IMG/VR virus record: IMGVR_UViG_3300040736_000016
Coordinates: 1-37,554 of that record
Reading direction: 5' to 3' (one strand)
DNA length: 37,554 nt
Source: a virus
Taxonomy: Duplodnaviria > Caudoviricetes
Within the stretch, counting starts at the first letter, position 1; every line of letters begins with the position of its first letter. Below, piece after piece: positions 25,575-34,857 of the stretch. A model generated the notes under the pieces. That model did not search any database, had not been told where the DNA came from, and saw only the letters and a program-made list of their open reading frames with translations. Made by a program: the position numbers and the translations under genes.

Positions 25575-25955
25575 TCACCGCCTTGAGGTTTCCTTGCTAT
25601 CTTGCATTTGCAACGCCCTTTCCACGGCGTCGCGGGCCTCTTCCAAGTCCTGCAGCTCTCCACCTTTCCCTCGCAACCCGGCGCACAGCAGTTTCTTGAT
25701 AGCGTGCTGCCGGGCCGGGCACCGAACATCGAACGCTTCGAGCACGGAATAGACATCCACCTTGCCAGGGACTGGGCAGGTGACCGGGCGAAGATACTTT
25801 GAGCCAGATTGGTTGAATCCAGCCTCTCCGCCAAGAACGCTCGTTAAGGCACCTGTATTCGATTTTCGCATAAAACCATCCAACCCTATACGCCACAACC
25901 TAGAAATCGAACAGGCAAAGCGACAACCCGCTAGAATTAACTGTTTTGCGTTCAC
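25575..25955 (-). CDS. DUF3310/SaV-like phage protein
   Basis: VDVY.VL.AF.V..PA.QHAIKKLLCAG.RG....QDL.EA motif. Confidence 0.65.
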   Translation of the reverse strand: MNAKQLILAGCRFACSISRLWRIGLDGFMRKSNTGALTSVLGGEAGFNQSGSKYLRPVTCPVPGKVDVYSVLEAFDVRCPARQHAIKKLLCAGLRGKGGELQDLEEARDAVERALQMQDSKETSRR

Positions 25956-26428
25956 TGTCTCGCCACCGTTTTCTGTTCGCCATGGATGGCAAATTCCTTA
26001 ATGTGCCCCATCCGTTCAACCTCGCGCTCTGCTGCATCGAAAGACATACGCCCTGCCAGGGCCTCCGCTATCATCCGGATTCGTTTCTGGTTCCGCTCCA
26101 GTTCCTCGGGTGTCTGGTCGTGCTTGCTGGTAACATCCGCAATCTGCAATGCTCCACCGGCAGGGGCGGGCGGGTTTGCCCGGTATTCCTTCACCGCATC
26201 CAGGATGTCGGCCATCGAAGGGAAGAACCGGCACCGTTTGCGAACCGTCAACGCGGCCGCTTCAAACTGCCGCAGGGTAACGCCCTCGCTTTGCAGGTCC
26301 TCCAGGTACTCGGTTGATAGCCGTGCAAGCTGTTCGTTCATATACCCCGCCGACTTAAACCTGATGCTCCAAGAATAGACCGCCTTCTTGACCGTCTGTA
26401 GGTCCAACTCGTTGCTGATCGTTCTCAT
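25952..26428 (-). CDS. Putative helicase loader (P-like)
   Basis: Follows the initiator; Y...L......F..A......FFPS.A.I motif. Confidence 0.6.
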   Translation of the reverse strand: MRTISNELDLQTVKKAVYSWSIRFKSAGYMNEQLARLSTEYLEDLQSEGVTLRQFEAAALTVRKRCRFFPSMADILDAVKEYRANPPAPAGGALQIADVTSKHDQTPEELERNQKRIRMIAEALAGRMSFDAAEREVERMGHIKEFAIHGEQKTVARQ

Positions 26429-27248
26429 TTAACGCCCTCGCTATTAGCTCCCCTTGGATAATCAGGGCATCCCTTACGGACCGTGGTTTGATCTGCGCCG
26501 CCCTTCCTTCCCCCGTTCTCTGCTGCCTCACAAATCCGCCCTTGATGGCCTTGACGAAAGCGAGGTCCCATTCATGCCGTGTCCGCTTTCGCTTCTGGGT
26601 CAGCCAGAATGAAACGAACTCCCGCGTGGCTTCCTGCAGATGCTCACCTTCCGGCGGGACAACCCCGGAAGTTTGGGCCAGGGTCCGGAAATACTCCGAC
26701 GGTTGCCACTCTTGAAACATCGTGAAAGGATCAGAGGCCGACAACGCCCTTGTAGGTGTAGGATAATCCTGTTCCTGTTCCTGCTCCTGCTCCTGGCTTC
26801 GGAGGGGCTTGCAAGGGGCTTCAAAGCCCCTTCTGGCCTCAAGGTGAAATGCCTTGTGGTACTTGTCGAAAAAATCACCTAAAAACAAGCATTTTGGCAA
26901 CCTTTGATACTCTTTGTTTATCCCGATCACTCGCTTGTCGCCAGGCTTTAGACTGTCCTCAACCTGAAACCTGGCCATCTCATAAACCCATACAACCTGT
27001 GACCCCTTGTCATACCCACACAAACCCGCTTCGCATACCCTTTGAAGCCCCTTCGAAGCCCCTTCCAATAGCAACCCGGTATCATGCGAAATGTAGGCAA
27101 TCGGGAGATAATACAGGCCGAGCATGTTGGCGTGCGGGGATGTCATCAGGTACAAGGCGACGATGGTTGACTCCGGGCCGCTTTGGATAATCTCTCGACC
27201 CGTTTCACCCATCCAGAATGACGGTGCGACTTTTCCGTACTCTCTCAT
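26355..27248 (-). CDS. Replication initiator (O-like) with DnaT-like C-terminal domain
   Basis: MR.Y.K..P.FW, YLMTSPH.NM.G.Y..P, QEQEQE linker, W.PS...EF..FW. Confidence 0.85.
   Translation of the reverse strand: MREYGKVAPSFWMGETGREIIQSGPESTIVALYLMTSPHANMLGLYYLPIAYISHDTGLLLEGASKGLQRVCEAGLCGYDKGSQVVWVYEMARFQVEDSLKPGDKRVIGINKEYQRLPKCLFLGDFFDKYHKAFHLEARRGFEAPCKPLRSQEQEQEQEQDYPTPTRALSASDPFTMFQEWQPSEYFRTLAQTSGVVPPEGEHLQEATREFVSFWLTQKRKRTRHEWDLAFVKAIKGGFVRQQRTGEGRAAQIKPRSVRDALIIQGELIARALNENDQQRVGPTDGQEGGLFLEHQV
26803..27065. repeat. Iteron-like AAGCCCCT repeats inside the initiator gene (putative origin)
   Basis: Copies at 26803-26810 and 26814-26821 (reverse), 26824-26831, and tandem GAAGCCCCTTC at 27044-27065. 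Confidence 0.65.
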
Positions 27249-27452
27249 TCAAAACAACCTCAACTGCTTTGGAGCAATCCCCGTGCTTTTTTTGGGCTCT
27301 GTGTCCGTGCAAACCCCAAACTGTTTGCACAAATCACACCCTTGGCAGTGCACTGAAGATGACCGATAGACCCGGCGGCACCAGGCCGCCATGGTTTCGT
27401 GTTTCAAGTCATTTCCGCCGAACAAATTGGCGTTCTTCGGGCAAAATATCAT
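27249..27452 (-). CDS. Cys-rich hypothetical protein
   Basis: Tightly packed operon-strand ORF; C...C...CQGC..C. Confidence 0.65.
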   Translation of the reverse strand: MIFCPKNANLFGGNDLKHETMAAWCRRVYRSSSVHCQGCDLCKQFGVCTDTEPKKSTGIAPKQLRLF

Positions 27453-27455
27453 TCT

Positions 27456-28259
27456 TTACCGTTCCCACCGGTAATCGATTGAAACTGCCGGTATTGAGCC
27501 ATCCCGGATAGCCAAAATGACGCCCTTTGCCTGATCTTCAGAAAGCCCATAAACCTTCATTAACTCAGGGATGATCAACCAATGCACCCGGCGGATGTTC
27601 TCCAGGTCCTTCCTTGCTTGCTCAACCAAGGCTTTTTCTTTTTCCTCGGTTTCTCTCTTTTCCGCCTCGGCCAGCTTCCTTGCGTTCTCTGCGGCCTGGT
27701 CTGCTATTTCCTTCTCACGCTTCTGCTGCTCAATCCTGCGCTGCTCATCCTCTTGAGCTTTGGCAATCCGGGCCTGCTCTGCGGCCTGCCGGTCAAGCTC
27801 CCGTTGCCTATCGAAAACGGTGTTCATTTCGTGGGCAAGGTCCCAGACCGCTGCAACCTCCTCGCGGATCCGCTTGCGCTCTGCCTCGGCTTTTTCCTCC
27901 GCCTCAACCGCTCGCAGGTGGTGGTCGTGGTGCTCTATCATTTCCTCGACCACCGCCAGGGCCTCGCGTTTGTCTGCGTCCATCTTTTCCACGATGGCCT
28001 TGTAATCAGCCTTGAGTCGTTTATGAATATCGTTGATCGGGGCTTTTACGCGGCGCAGCTTGGCAACGTGCGACCGGGCCGCCGCGTTCCCTTTCTTGTC
28101 TCGATAGTCGAAAACAATGGCCTTGTTGATTTCCCGGTACTGCTCAAGTACCGGGATGTAATCGCCAAGGGTGAGCCCGTCCGTAGACTCTGGAAGGACA
28201 AGCTGGTTTTCCTGGATGACAGGGGCCATTATTTCCGCACAATCAGAAAACGCTGCCAT
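27456..28259 (-). CDS. Coiled-coil phage protein of the recombination module
   Basis: E/K/R-rich helix; A..VI.AI..G.IP.V.I.Y C-terminus; GGAGGG before ATG 28259. Confidence 0.75.
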   Translation of the reverse strand: MAAFSDCAEIMAPVIQENQLVLPESTDGLTLGDYIPVLEQYREINKAIVFDYRDKKGNAAARSHVAKLRRVKAPINDIHKRLKADYKAIVEKMDADKREALAVVEEMIEHHDHHLRAVEAEEKAEAERKRIREEVAAVWDLAHEMNTVFDRQRELDRQAAEQARIAKAQEDEQRRIEQQKREKEIADQAAENARKLAEAEKRETEEKEKALVEQARKDLENIRRVHWLIIPELMKVYGLSEDQAKGVILAIRDGSIPAVSIDYRWER

Positions 28260-29571
28260 TGCCTTTACCCTCCTGCTGTGCCGCCGCTTCACATTCTTCC
28301 AGCTCTTTGACGATCATGTCGGCATAATCCATGATCGCGTTGAAGTCTTCGGTATCAACTCCACCGCAGGTATTCGCAACGCGATTTCTGTGCTTCATTC
28401 GCCACTGATCAACAACCAGGCTACCCTTTGCGCTGGCCTCGTTGATTTCTCGCATAAACGACTTGACGCGGGGAGACAGTTGACCGGATTCTTGCATCTG
28501 TTCGCTTCCTGTGCCAGGCTCGTTGGCTGCTGGAACAGCCGAGGATTCCTTGACAGTTGGTGCCGGCTTCGGACCTTCCTTCAATTCAGCTTTCCGGGGC
28601 GGTGCTGCTTTTGCTGGGTTTTCTTTTTCAGGCTCAGGGCTGGGCGGGGCAGGCGGGGCAGGATCGGTATCCTGGGCAGGCGGGGCAGGCTGGGCAGCCG
28701 GGGTGACAGGTGATGTCATAGTGGCCTGGGCAGGCGGGGTGGGCTGGGAAGGCTGAACATCCGCTTTCTTTATATCGGCCCGCAGGGTTTCGGTGGTAAC
28801 ACTCAACACCTCCCCTGTCTCTGGCGAGACCTCAATAACGTCCTGCTCTTCCTCTACGGTTCGCAGTCCCATCAACAGCTCGGGAGCGTACAGCTTGCCA
28901 AAAAAGGATGCCGCCCGATACCGCAACATGACTTGGGGCATCGTCTGCCACTTGCTCCCGGTCTTGGTGTACCACCCTTCTTTCACGGCAAGCTCGATGG
29001 TTACCGGTGGTGACTCCAGCCGCTCGCCTGATCCAAGCTCAAGCGCCCAGGCGATACACTCAACGTCTGCAATATCAATCACCACGGGCCGACTCTGCCG
29101 CTTGCCATCCTCCCAAAAGGTTTCTGAGCACTCGACCGACTTCTGGCCCAGCTCCTTGAGGGCAAAACGCAACGGGCTGAACCGTCCGCAGCTGTTTATG
29201 GCAGCCACGATGAATTGGCTCGACCAGGACGGGCGGCCCTCAATCACATAAAGGTTTTGCATGATCATCAACGGATCCGCTCCCAAGCGTTGGGCCATGT
29301 TCAGGGCCACAACCGCATTGGCAAGGGCATTCGGGTTTTCCTTCCGCTCTTTGACGTTCCCGTACTTATCGAGCTTTTCCGTCACCGACCTGTATTGCAC
29401 CGGCACCAGGGTGGACGCGCACAGTAATGATGCCATGCGCTGCATCAGCTCAAAGGATTTGAGGCTGCCGAAACCGGCGGAAACATCCGGCAAGTTTGCC
29501 GCAGGTGTCCGCAGGGCAGAAAGGGCTGCAACTTGTCCGGATTGTGGTGCTGCTGCTGATTGAACTGTCAT
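28243..29571 (-). CDS. RecT-like single-strand annealing protein
   Basis: A.R.G.DPL..MQN.Y.I.GRP.W and W..K.GSKW.TMP..ML.YRA..F motifs; Pro-rich linker. Confidence 0.8.
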   Translation of the reverse strand: MTVQSAAAPQSGQVAALSALRTPAANLPDVSAGFGSLKSFELMQRMASLLCASTLVPVQYRSVTEKLDKYGNVKERKENPNALANAVVALNMAQRLGADPLMIMQNLYVIEGRPSWSSQFIVAAINSCGRFSPLRFALKELGQKSVECSETFWEDGKRQSRPVVIDIADVECIAWALELGSGERLESPPVTIELAVKEGWYTKTGSKWQTMPQVMLRYRAASFFGKLYAPELLMGLRTVEEEQDVIEVSPETGEVLSVTTETLRADIKKADVQPSQPTPPAQATMTSPVTPAAQPAPPAQDTDPAPPAPPSPEPEKENPAKAAPPRKAELKEGPKPAPTVKESSAVPAANEPGTGSEQMQESGQLSPRVKSFMREINEASAKGSLVVDQWRMKHRNRVANTCGGVDTEDFNAIMDYADMIVKELEECEAAAQQEGKGNGSVF

Positions 29572-29598
29572 GGTTTTTCCTCCGCTTTGTGTTTGACC

Positions 29599-30408
29599 CT
29601 ACCGCCGGAAGCGGCAGGAGTTGTAAATTGGGCAATAGGTGCCGTGGCACATCATGCTTTTTGGATTTCCAAAAAAGTTACCACTGTGGATGATCCGGGC
29701 CGCAATCTCGAGAACTCCCGGGTGATCCCCATCACCAAGCAGGACCGCCCGCGCTCCGGTGATGCTCCCCACACCTACACGCTGCGACTTCTCAGTTTTG
29801 GCTGTGTTCAAGCCGATGATTTCAGCCGGGGCGGTAATCGGAGTGCCGGAACCAAACTCGGCGAGAAGTTCATACACGCCCATCTGGTAAGCATGGCCGG
29901 ATGTTTTGACGGTCCCGTCCGATCCGACAGCCTGCTTGCCGGTCTTGATGTCGCCGATCCCGTAACCTTCCCCGGTGAACCGGATTCGATCGGTTGTGCC
30001 GGTCAAGGCAATGCCGAGGTCGGCAATCTCCAGCCGCTCGCAAAGGACCTCGACCGCTATGTATTCCTGGGTTGGGGCAATCTGGGTGCAGTATTTGGTG
30101 TGAAGGGAAATCGCTATTTTCTCGGCGTCCTGCGGATTATCTCCGTCGCTCCATACCGTGTCCTCGTCGGGCCGGTGGATAGCATCCACAGCAGCGCCCG
30201 CGGCCTCGTCAATGGTGATGCCGGCACCGTCAATGGTGGACTGGTCATAAACGGCCGTGCTGGCGTGAACCGCCTTGCCAAGCGCAGCCTTGCCACTGCT
30301 CGGCATCACCATTTTATCGATATGGGTAGCCGCCCACCGTGCCGGACAGTCAAACAAACTTCCCAGGGATGATGCTCGGATGGTGACGAAATCAATCGGG
30401 GCCGTCAT
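29599..30408 (-). CDS. PD-(D/E)XK RecB/Cas4-like exonuclease
   Basis: S.L..CP, G...H, E, G..D, D.KTG, Q...Y, C....CP....C. Confidence 0.88.
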   Translation of the reverse strand: MTAPIDFVTIRASSLGSLFDCPARWAATHIDKMVMPSSGKAALGKAVHASTAVYDQSTIDGAGITIDEAAGAAVDAIHRPDEDTVWSDGDNPQDAEKIAISLHTKYCTQIAPTQEYIAVEVLCERLEIADLGIALTGTTDRIRFTGEGYGIGDIKTGKQAVGSDGTVKTSGHAYQMGVYELLAEFGSGTPITAPAEIIGLNTAKTEKSQRVGVGSITGARAVLLGDGDHPGVLEIAARIIHSGNFFGNPKSMMCHGTYCPIYNSCRFRR

Positions 30409-30752
30409 TCTACCACCTCCTCGCCCCGGCATTCGCAGAGCGCACGCCAGTTGGCATTTGCCCGTTGTGTTTGGTATTCAAGCTCCCCAGCAAGGTTTCT
30501 CGGAAGCGGAAGAAAAACCTTTGGGCTTTGCTGATATGCCCTCCCGGCGGGCGAATATTTCAAAGAGACCTCCTCTTTGTAGTCCCGCAAAAAGATGGGG
30601 CCAGATGGGGAAAACAGGGCGCTTGCCACAACGCCAAGAACCTCATCTTTTGTCAGGTTGGCCGCAAATTTCCCGCCGCACTGAACCAGGAACAAGCCGC
30701 GCTCTGTGTTTTCAATGGTGATTTTTTCGATCATATCTTTTGCTGCCATCAC
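30405..30752 (-). CDS. Hypothetical protein
   Basis: Coupled operon-strand ORF. Confidence 0.65.
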   Translation of the reverse strand: MMAAKDMIEKITIENTERGLFLVQCGGKFAANLTKDEVLGVVASALFSPSGPIFLRDYKEEVSLKYSPAGRAYQQSPKVFLPLPRNLAGELEYQTQRANANWRALCECRGEEVVE

Positions 30753-31072
30753 ATCACCCCAGCGCTTTCAGGAATCATTAAGTGACGAGGGTATCCAGCA
30801 ATGGCGTGGGCCGCTAATACCAGACTTTCAATACGTTTTTGCAGGGCCATGTTCTCGCGCTCGTGGCGCATTTGCAAAATCTCGACAGTGGTCATTGTGG
30901 TTTTGATCATCACCCTGATACCATCGGGCATTGCCAGGCGTTCAAGCAGCGCCTGATAACAGCAATCGCACATAACCGCTGTTCTCCCGTCACTGGTGCG
31001 GATAGTGTGGGCGTACAGCCCTCGGTGTGGGCATGGATTGACATTTGATCTTTTCATGTGTAATTTCCTCAT
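30749..31072 (-). CDS. Hypothetical protein
   Basis: Coupled operon-strand ORF; CPH...CDCC. Confidence 0.6.
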   Translation of the reverse strand: MRKLHMKRSNVNPCPHRGLYAHTIRTSDGRTAVMCDCCYQALLERLAMPDGIRVMIKTTMTTVEILQMRHERENMALQKRIESLVLAAHAIAGYPRHLMIPESAGVM

Positions 31073-31104
31073 TGCCGGGTTTTCCGGCCTCCGTTTTTGT
31101 TTTG

Positions 31105-31137
31105 CGCCCGGTCAGCACCACCTGACCGGGCGTTTTT
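31105..31137 (+). terminator. Terminator-like hairpin with the U tract on the antisense (+) strand
   Basis: Perfect 11-bp stem CGCCCGGTCAG/CTGACCGGGCG then TTTTT on +. Confidence 0.55.
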
Positions 31138-31139
31138 CC

Positions 31140-31421
31140 CTACTCGCTGTCTAAAACAACCCTTCCAGACACCCGAAAAACCAGCGCCCTCTTTGCTGGA
31201 ACATCAAAAAGCTCCCCTGTCTTTGGGTTTCGGCCTGTTCGAGCCGCGCGATCAATGGGCCTGAAATATCCAAGCCCAGGAAACACCACTGCCTTTCCGC
31301 GATTGGTATGCACCTTTATTTGCCTGGACGCCTCTGAAAGGATCATTTTAACGGACACCTGGGTTTCGCCAGTCACGTCTGCAACCATTCTGACCAGCTC
31401 GGCTTGATTCAACTTTTTCAC
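31140..31421 (-). CDS. HU/IHF-family DNA-binding protein
   Basis: N..ELV..VA, G.G.F....RAARTGRNPKTGE...VPA.....F; GGAGGT before GTG 31421. Confidence 0.92.
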   Translation of the reverse strand: MKKLNQAELVRMVADVTGETQVSVKMILSEASRQIKVHTNRGKAVVFPGLGYFRPIDRAARTGRNPKTGELFDVPAKRALVFRVSGRVVLDSE

Positions 31422-31531
31422 TTGGTTGACCTCCATTTGATTGGGTTTGAAAATGGGCAGGCTACCGGACCGCCCGGCGGGGTGAAGAAGAGAGAAAAGC
31501 ATAAAAGCCCCCACGCCTGCCCATAGCCTTG

Positions 31532-32005
31532 CTACATCTGAACAGCCCTTTCTTGGCTCATAAACCGCCCAACGCTGGAAACGTGGGCGTCGTGCTCTGG
31601 GTCGCTTGAATCGTCACCATCCGGAGCAGGAAGCGCCTGTTGCTCATCAGGTCCGGCTATTTCGTCCAGGCGCATTTGCCTTTCCTCGTTGCTCATCTTC
31701 CTTTCCTGGGCCAGATCGCCGTTGTCGGTCCTCCAATACCGAACCACACCGCTTTCAAAGTCGAGCGTTTCCTCGCACTCGACATCCCGCATTTCGTAGC
31801 CGTCGCGGTACTTCCGGGCCGCGTTGTCAATCGCATTTTGGGCCGCTTCCTTATCGCTCTTGAACTGGGCCGCCGCCGCCTTGGCATTGGCGTCGATCCG
31901 CTTCAGCTCTTGGGTTTTGTCCGCCATGGTCGCCGCAAGGTCGGACATCTCCGATTCGGTGAAAGTGCATCTGAGATAGAGCTTTTTGTATGTCGTTTTT
32001 GCCAC
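31532..32005 (-). CDS. Hypothetical protein
   Basis: GGAG upstream; coiled coil then RTD.G....R.M...ERQ. Confidence 0.75.
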   Translation of the reverse strand: MAKTTYKKLYLRCTFTESEMSDLAATMADKTQELKRIDANAKAAAAQFKSDKEAAQNAIDNAARKYRDGYEMRDVECEETLDFESGVVRYWRTDNGDLAQERKMSNEERQMRLDEIAGPDEQQALPAPDGDDSSDPEHDAHVSSVGRFMSQERAVQM

Positions 32006-32027
32006 GTTCTTTTTCTCCGTTTTTCAG

Positions 32028-32411
32028 TTATCGCTCTCCGGTAACGGTCACTATGGCCGCACCGCCTTTTGCTACATCAGCCCGGACCACTTCCAGGTGG
32101 TCGACTTGGCTGTCATCCTCAAAAACACCAGCAGCAACCAGGGCGTCGAGTGTCGCCTTGATGCTGTTGTCAATATCCCGCTGCCGCTTGTCTGGCGGGT
32201 AAAGTTCAATGCGTATAGCCAGGCGACCGGACATCCGTTGCCCAGCATTGGAACCGGCGACCACCGCTGCTACTGCCGTTTTGTAATCGCGTCCGGCCTT
32301 GCTGATCAGGTGCCGGACAACGGGCGGGCCTCCCTTCTTGCTGGGCATGGTAACCGCTCTCCAGTAGTGATTGACGGAAGGCGGCCAAGGGAGCATGAGG
32401 TTGATGGTCAT
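32028..32411 (-). CDS. rusA: RusA-family Holliday junction resolvase
   Basis: LPWPPSVN.YWR, PPD.R.RD.DN..K...DAL...G...DDSQV. Confidence 0.93.
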   Translation of the reverse strand: MTINLMLPWPPSVNHYWRAVTMPSKKGGPPVVRHLISKAGRDYKTAVAAVVAGSNAGQRMSGRLAIRIELYPPDKRQRDIDNSIKATLDALVAAGVFEDDSQVDHLEVVRADVAKGGAAIVTVTGER

Positions 32412-32800
32412 CACTCTTTCCCAATTTTCAGGTTAATAAGTAGCCGCAAAGCCATTGCGCCGGTCTGGACAGCCTCATACTCAACGGAAAGCAGGCTATC
32501 CTTTCCCTCGGTTTGACGCCCTTCACGATAATGGTTTGCTGCTTTCAGGCACTCGCCGGCCTCTCCAGCCATGATGCCGACCGCGTGCACCAAATCAACC
32601 GGCCAAACAGGGTGCTTTTCCTCTGCACGCTCCAGCTCCAGCATGATCGACAACAGGGCTTCACATACCAGATCATCGTTGAGCATCTTTCTGACGCTTA
32701 TCAGCTCGCCCTGTCGTTCTATGCTGTACTTCTCCGGCGACTGGTTCCCGGCCATCTTGCTGATCATTTCTCCGCGCAATTCCTCATTGATCTTGTTCAC
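32411..32800 (-). CDS. MazG-like all-alpha NTP pyrophosphohydrolase-fold protein
   Basis: E..RA..KHP.W, EAGE..KA, E..Q..AMA.R.L; start uncertain. Confidence 0.55.
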   Translation of the reverse strand: MNKINEELRGEMISKMAGNQSPEKYSIERQGELISVRKMLNDDLVCEALLSIMLELERAEEKHPVWPVDLVHAVGIMAGEAGECLKAANHYREGRQTEGKDSLLSVEYEAVQTGAMALRLLINLKIGKE

Positions 32801-32804
32801 TTCC

Positions 32805-33143
32805 TTAACCCTCCATTTGTCGCATGTAATGCGCATGCAGGCGCACATTCACCTTTCTGCGCCCCTTAAAATAATGGGGCTTCATCTCACCGGGCCTGCA
32901 CCGGCGTTGCTTCTTTTTCGTGCTCCACCTTCCGCGCTTCCGCTCATCAGAATCGAAAAACACCGTGACCACCGCTCCCTGGTCGACGACCACGATGATC
33001 CCTTCAAGCCTATACCTTTGCCCGCCGTTGCGATCTTCGACCTTTCCGCACCTAACAACGGCCTCCACCATTGGACGGGTTATCCCTCGCTCTGCCATCC
33101 GTCCGAAGGCATGATTTGTGTATTTCAGCTCAGATGAGTGCAT
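32805..33143 (-). CDS. DUF4258-like protein
   Basis: T.HA..RM.ERGI....V..V...G ... VVTV. Confidence 0.7.
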   Translation of the reverse strand: MHSSELKYTNHAFGRMAERGITRPMVEAVVRCGKVEDRNGGQRYRLEGIIVVVDQGAVVTVFFDSDERKRGRWSTKKKQRRCRPGEMKPHYFKGRRKVNVRLHAHYMRQMEG

Positions 33144-33147
33144 ATCG

Positions 33148-33810
33148 TTATAACCTCGAAATAGAGCGCTCTAATGCTGATGGTCTGTACTCAACATCAT
33201 CGATGTTTCGCGGAGACACTGAAAATTTGTTGGTGGTAAACGGGTCCTTGCTTTTACGCTTCAGGTCATCCCTATGCAGCACGAATCCGTTTTTCTTGGC
33301 TCGCCTCCTGAGCTCCATCTCAGAGACATCTGAAATGCTTTTGAGCTCTGAAAAGGTAAGATGACTCCCGTCAGGCATGAGTAAGACCCTCTGCCCGCTC
33401 AGAGGGTCTGTATTGACTGAGCTTTGCCGATTCTTCCTCAACGCCAATTCTTCTGATGTAGCGTTTCGCCTTCCAAGGGCACTGAACCTCGCCGAAATGG
33501 TGCTTTCTGCTCTCCCAAGTGCATCGGCAATCGCACGGTGGGATGGATACCAAACCCCGTCGACCTCCCACCCTTTTGACCGTATCAGTTCGCTCGGGTC
33601 GGCAAGCATCGACAAATCCACCTCGTCAGGCGTACCGGCAAGCGTCCACCTGTACCAAAAGGTGCTGGTTTTTAATCGATACTCCTTGCACAGCCGATTC
33701 ACTCCATACAGCACCCTGGATCCATCAGATGTAATCATCCACACGAAAACCCTGCTCCCGATGTCTAGCGGGTCGATCTTAGTTCCCTTCGGCAGATCCT
33801 TTAGTTTCAT
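33148..33810 (-). CDS. Hypothetical DNA-binding protein with repeated HTH-like units
   Basis: VDG..YPS...IA.ALG...STI..R and two similar segments. Confidence 0.65.
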   Translation of the reverse strand: MKLKDLPKGTKIDPLDIGSRVFVWMITSDGSRVLYGVNRLCKEYRLKTSTFWYRWTLAGTPDEVDLSMLADPSELIRSKGWEVDGVWYPSHRAIADALGRAESTISARFSALGRRNATSEELALRKNRQSSVNTDPLSGQRVLLMPDGSHLTFSELKSISDVSEMELRRRAKKNGFVLHRDDLKRKSKDPFTTNKFSVSPRNIDDVEYRPSALERSISRL

Positions 33811-33914
33811 CCTTTCACCCTCAATACTTCCTTGACCAGCGCATCGATTGTCTCGTCATCCAGCCCCAGCCAAACAAGGTTTTCTACCATTCTTGCAATC
33901 TCGTGATGGGTCAT
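33807..33914 (-). CDS. 35-aa protein (not in ORF track)
   Basis: MTHHEIARMVENLVWLGLDDETIDALVKEVLRVKG; ATGA overlaps at both ends. Confidence 0.6.
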   Translation of the reverse strand: MTHHEIARMVENLVWLGLDDETIDALVKEVLRVKG

Positions 33915-34111
33915 TTTTTCGAGCTCCTTCGGGCCGTCCGTGCCCGCTTGTTTTCTGCAATCGCGGCATCTGGTCCGCCCAGAACAGACCGGGCAACATA
34001 GGCCCCATCGGATACCGAGGCATTCTGAACATGGCCGCGCTTTATCGCTTCGGTCAGGTCGCGCATCGCTAGAACCAGAGCCTGCCCGGTTTCTTCTGTT
34101 AGTGGTTGCAT
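33911..34111 (-). CDS. Hypothetical protein
   Basis: Operon-strand ORF. Confidence 0.6.
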   Translation of the reverse strand: MQPLTEETGQALVLAMRDLTEAIKRGHVQNASVSDGAYVARSVLGGPDAAIAENKRARTARRSSKK

Positions 34112-34320
34112 GGCTCTATCCCTAGGAACCTATCAAATGCGGAGTGGTCACGAATCGCTAATCCAACAAACGATTCTGGGCTCGCCTTTCGAAACTCAAC
34201 AACCTGCCCACCCACCCAAATAATGAATTCGGCCATGCTCGGCTGTACCTTGATCATTTCTTCCGGGCTCTTGCCGTTGGCCTTTGAATAAGCCGTGTAT
34301 CTTGGGTTCCATGCTGTCAT
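34099..34320 (-). CDS. Hypothetical protein
   Basis: WNPRY.AY...F..W motif; operon strand. Confidence 0.7.
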   Translation of the reverse strand: MTAWNPRYTAYSKANGKSPEEMIKVQPSMAEFIIWVGGQVVEFRKASPESFVGLAIRDHSAFDRFLGIEPCNH

Positions 34321-34323
34321 GGC

Positions 34324-34767
34324 TCACCGTTCCAGGTACTTCGCGAACGTCCTCCCAATTTCCTCTTGGGCCTCCTTCATCAACAGCTCTACCAGGTCGG
34401 CGTCAGATCCGTCATTGATTGCCTTTTGAAACGCGGCAACTGACTGGAAATCCGCCAACTGTTCGGCGTCCATGGTGGGTTTAAGTGGTTCTGGTGCTGA
34501 TGGACAGGATTCGTCCAGTGCCGTTTCGAGGTAAGCAAGGATGCGTCGGGCAACATCACCGCGCCCGATTTCGTCCATGGAGTAAAGCAGGGTGTGCAGG
34601 TTCTCGATGGGATCGTGGCACCTGTCAGCCGTGGAGCGAGGGTTTTGCGCGTACATCCGAATAATGCGGGCATCGCGCTTACCTAGAACCCGCATGATCT
34701 CTGACTCGCCAAGGGCTTTTTTCATGGCCGCCCACAGTTGCCAACTTTGCAGTTTTGAGTCTGTCAT
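34324..34767 (-). CDS. CII-like regulator
   Basis: Directly after cro; N-terminal HTH-like segment ending A.NP......DP...L. Confidence 0.6.
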   Translation of the reverse strand: MTDSKLQSWQLWAAMKKALGESEIMRVLGKRDARIIRMYAQNPRSTADRCHDPIENLHTLLYSMDEIGRGDVARRILAYLETALDESCPSAPEPLKPTMDAEQLADFQSVAAFQKAINDGSDADLVELLMKEAQEEIGRTFAKYLER

Positions 34768-34857
34768 TGTTTCCTGATTACTGACTTTTTGGAAATTTAC
34801 CCATTTCTCGCACCCGTGTACGCTAACACTAGTTGGAAATGGGTTGCGCTCTGTCTG

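Noticed and set aside
26767-26795. Hexamer tandem repeat as a contingency locus
   Set aside because: Encodes the QEQEQE linker common in phage initiators; unit changes would keep the frame
28647-28739. GGGCAGGCGGGG repeats as a regulatory or G-quadruplex element
   Set aside because: Explained by the Pro/Ala-rich linker of the RecT-like protein
29599-30408. Cas4-like protein as a sign of CRISPR-Cas
   Set aside because: No repeat-spacer array or other cas genes; it pairs with a RecT-like gene as a recombination exonuclease
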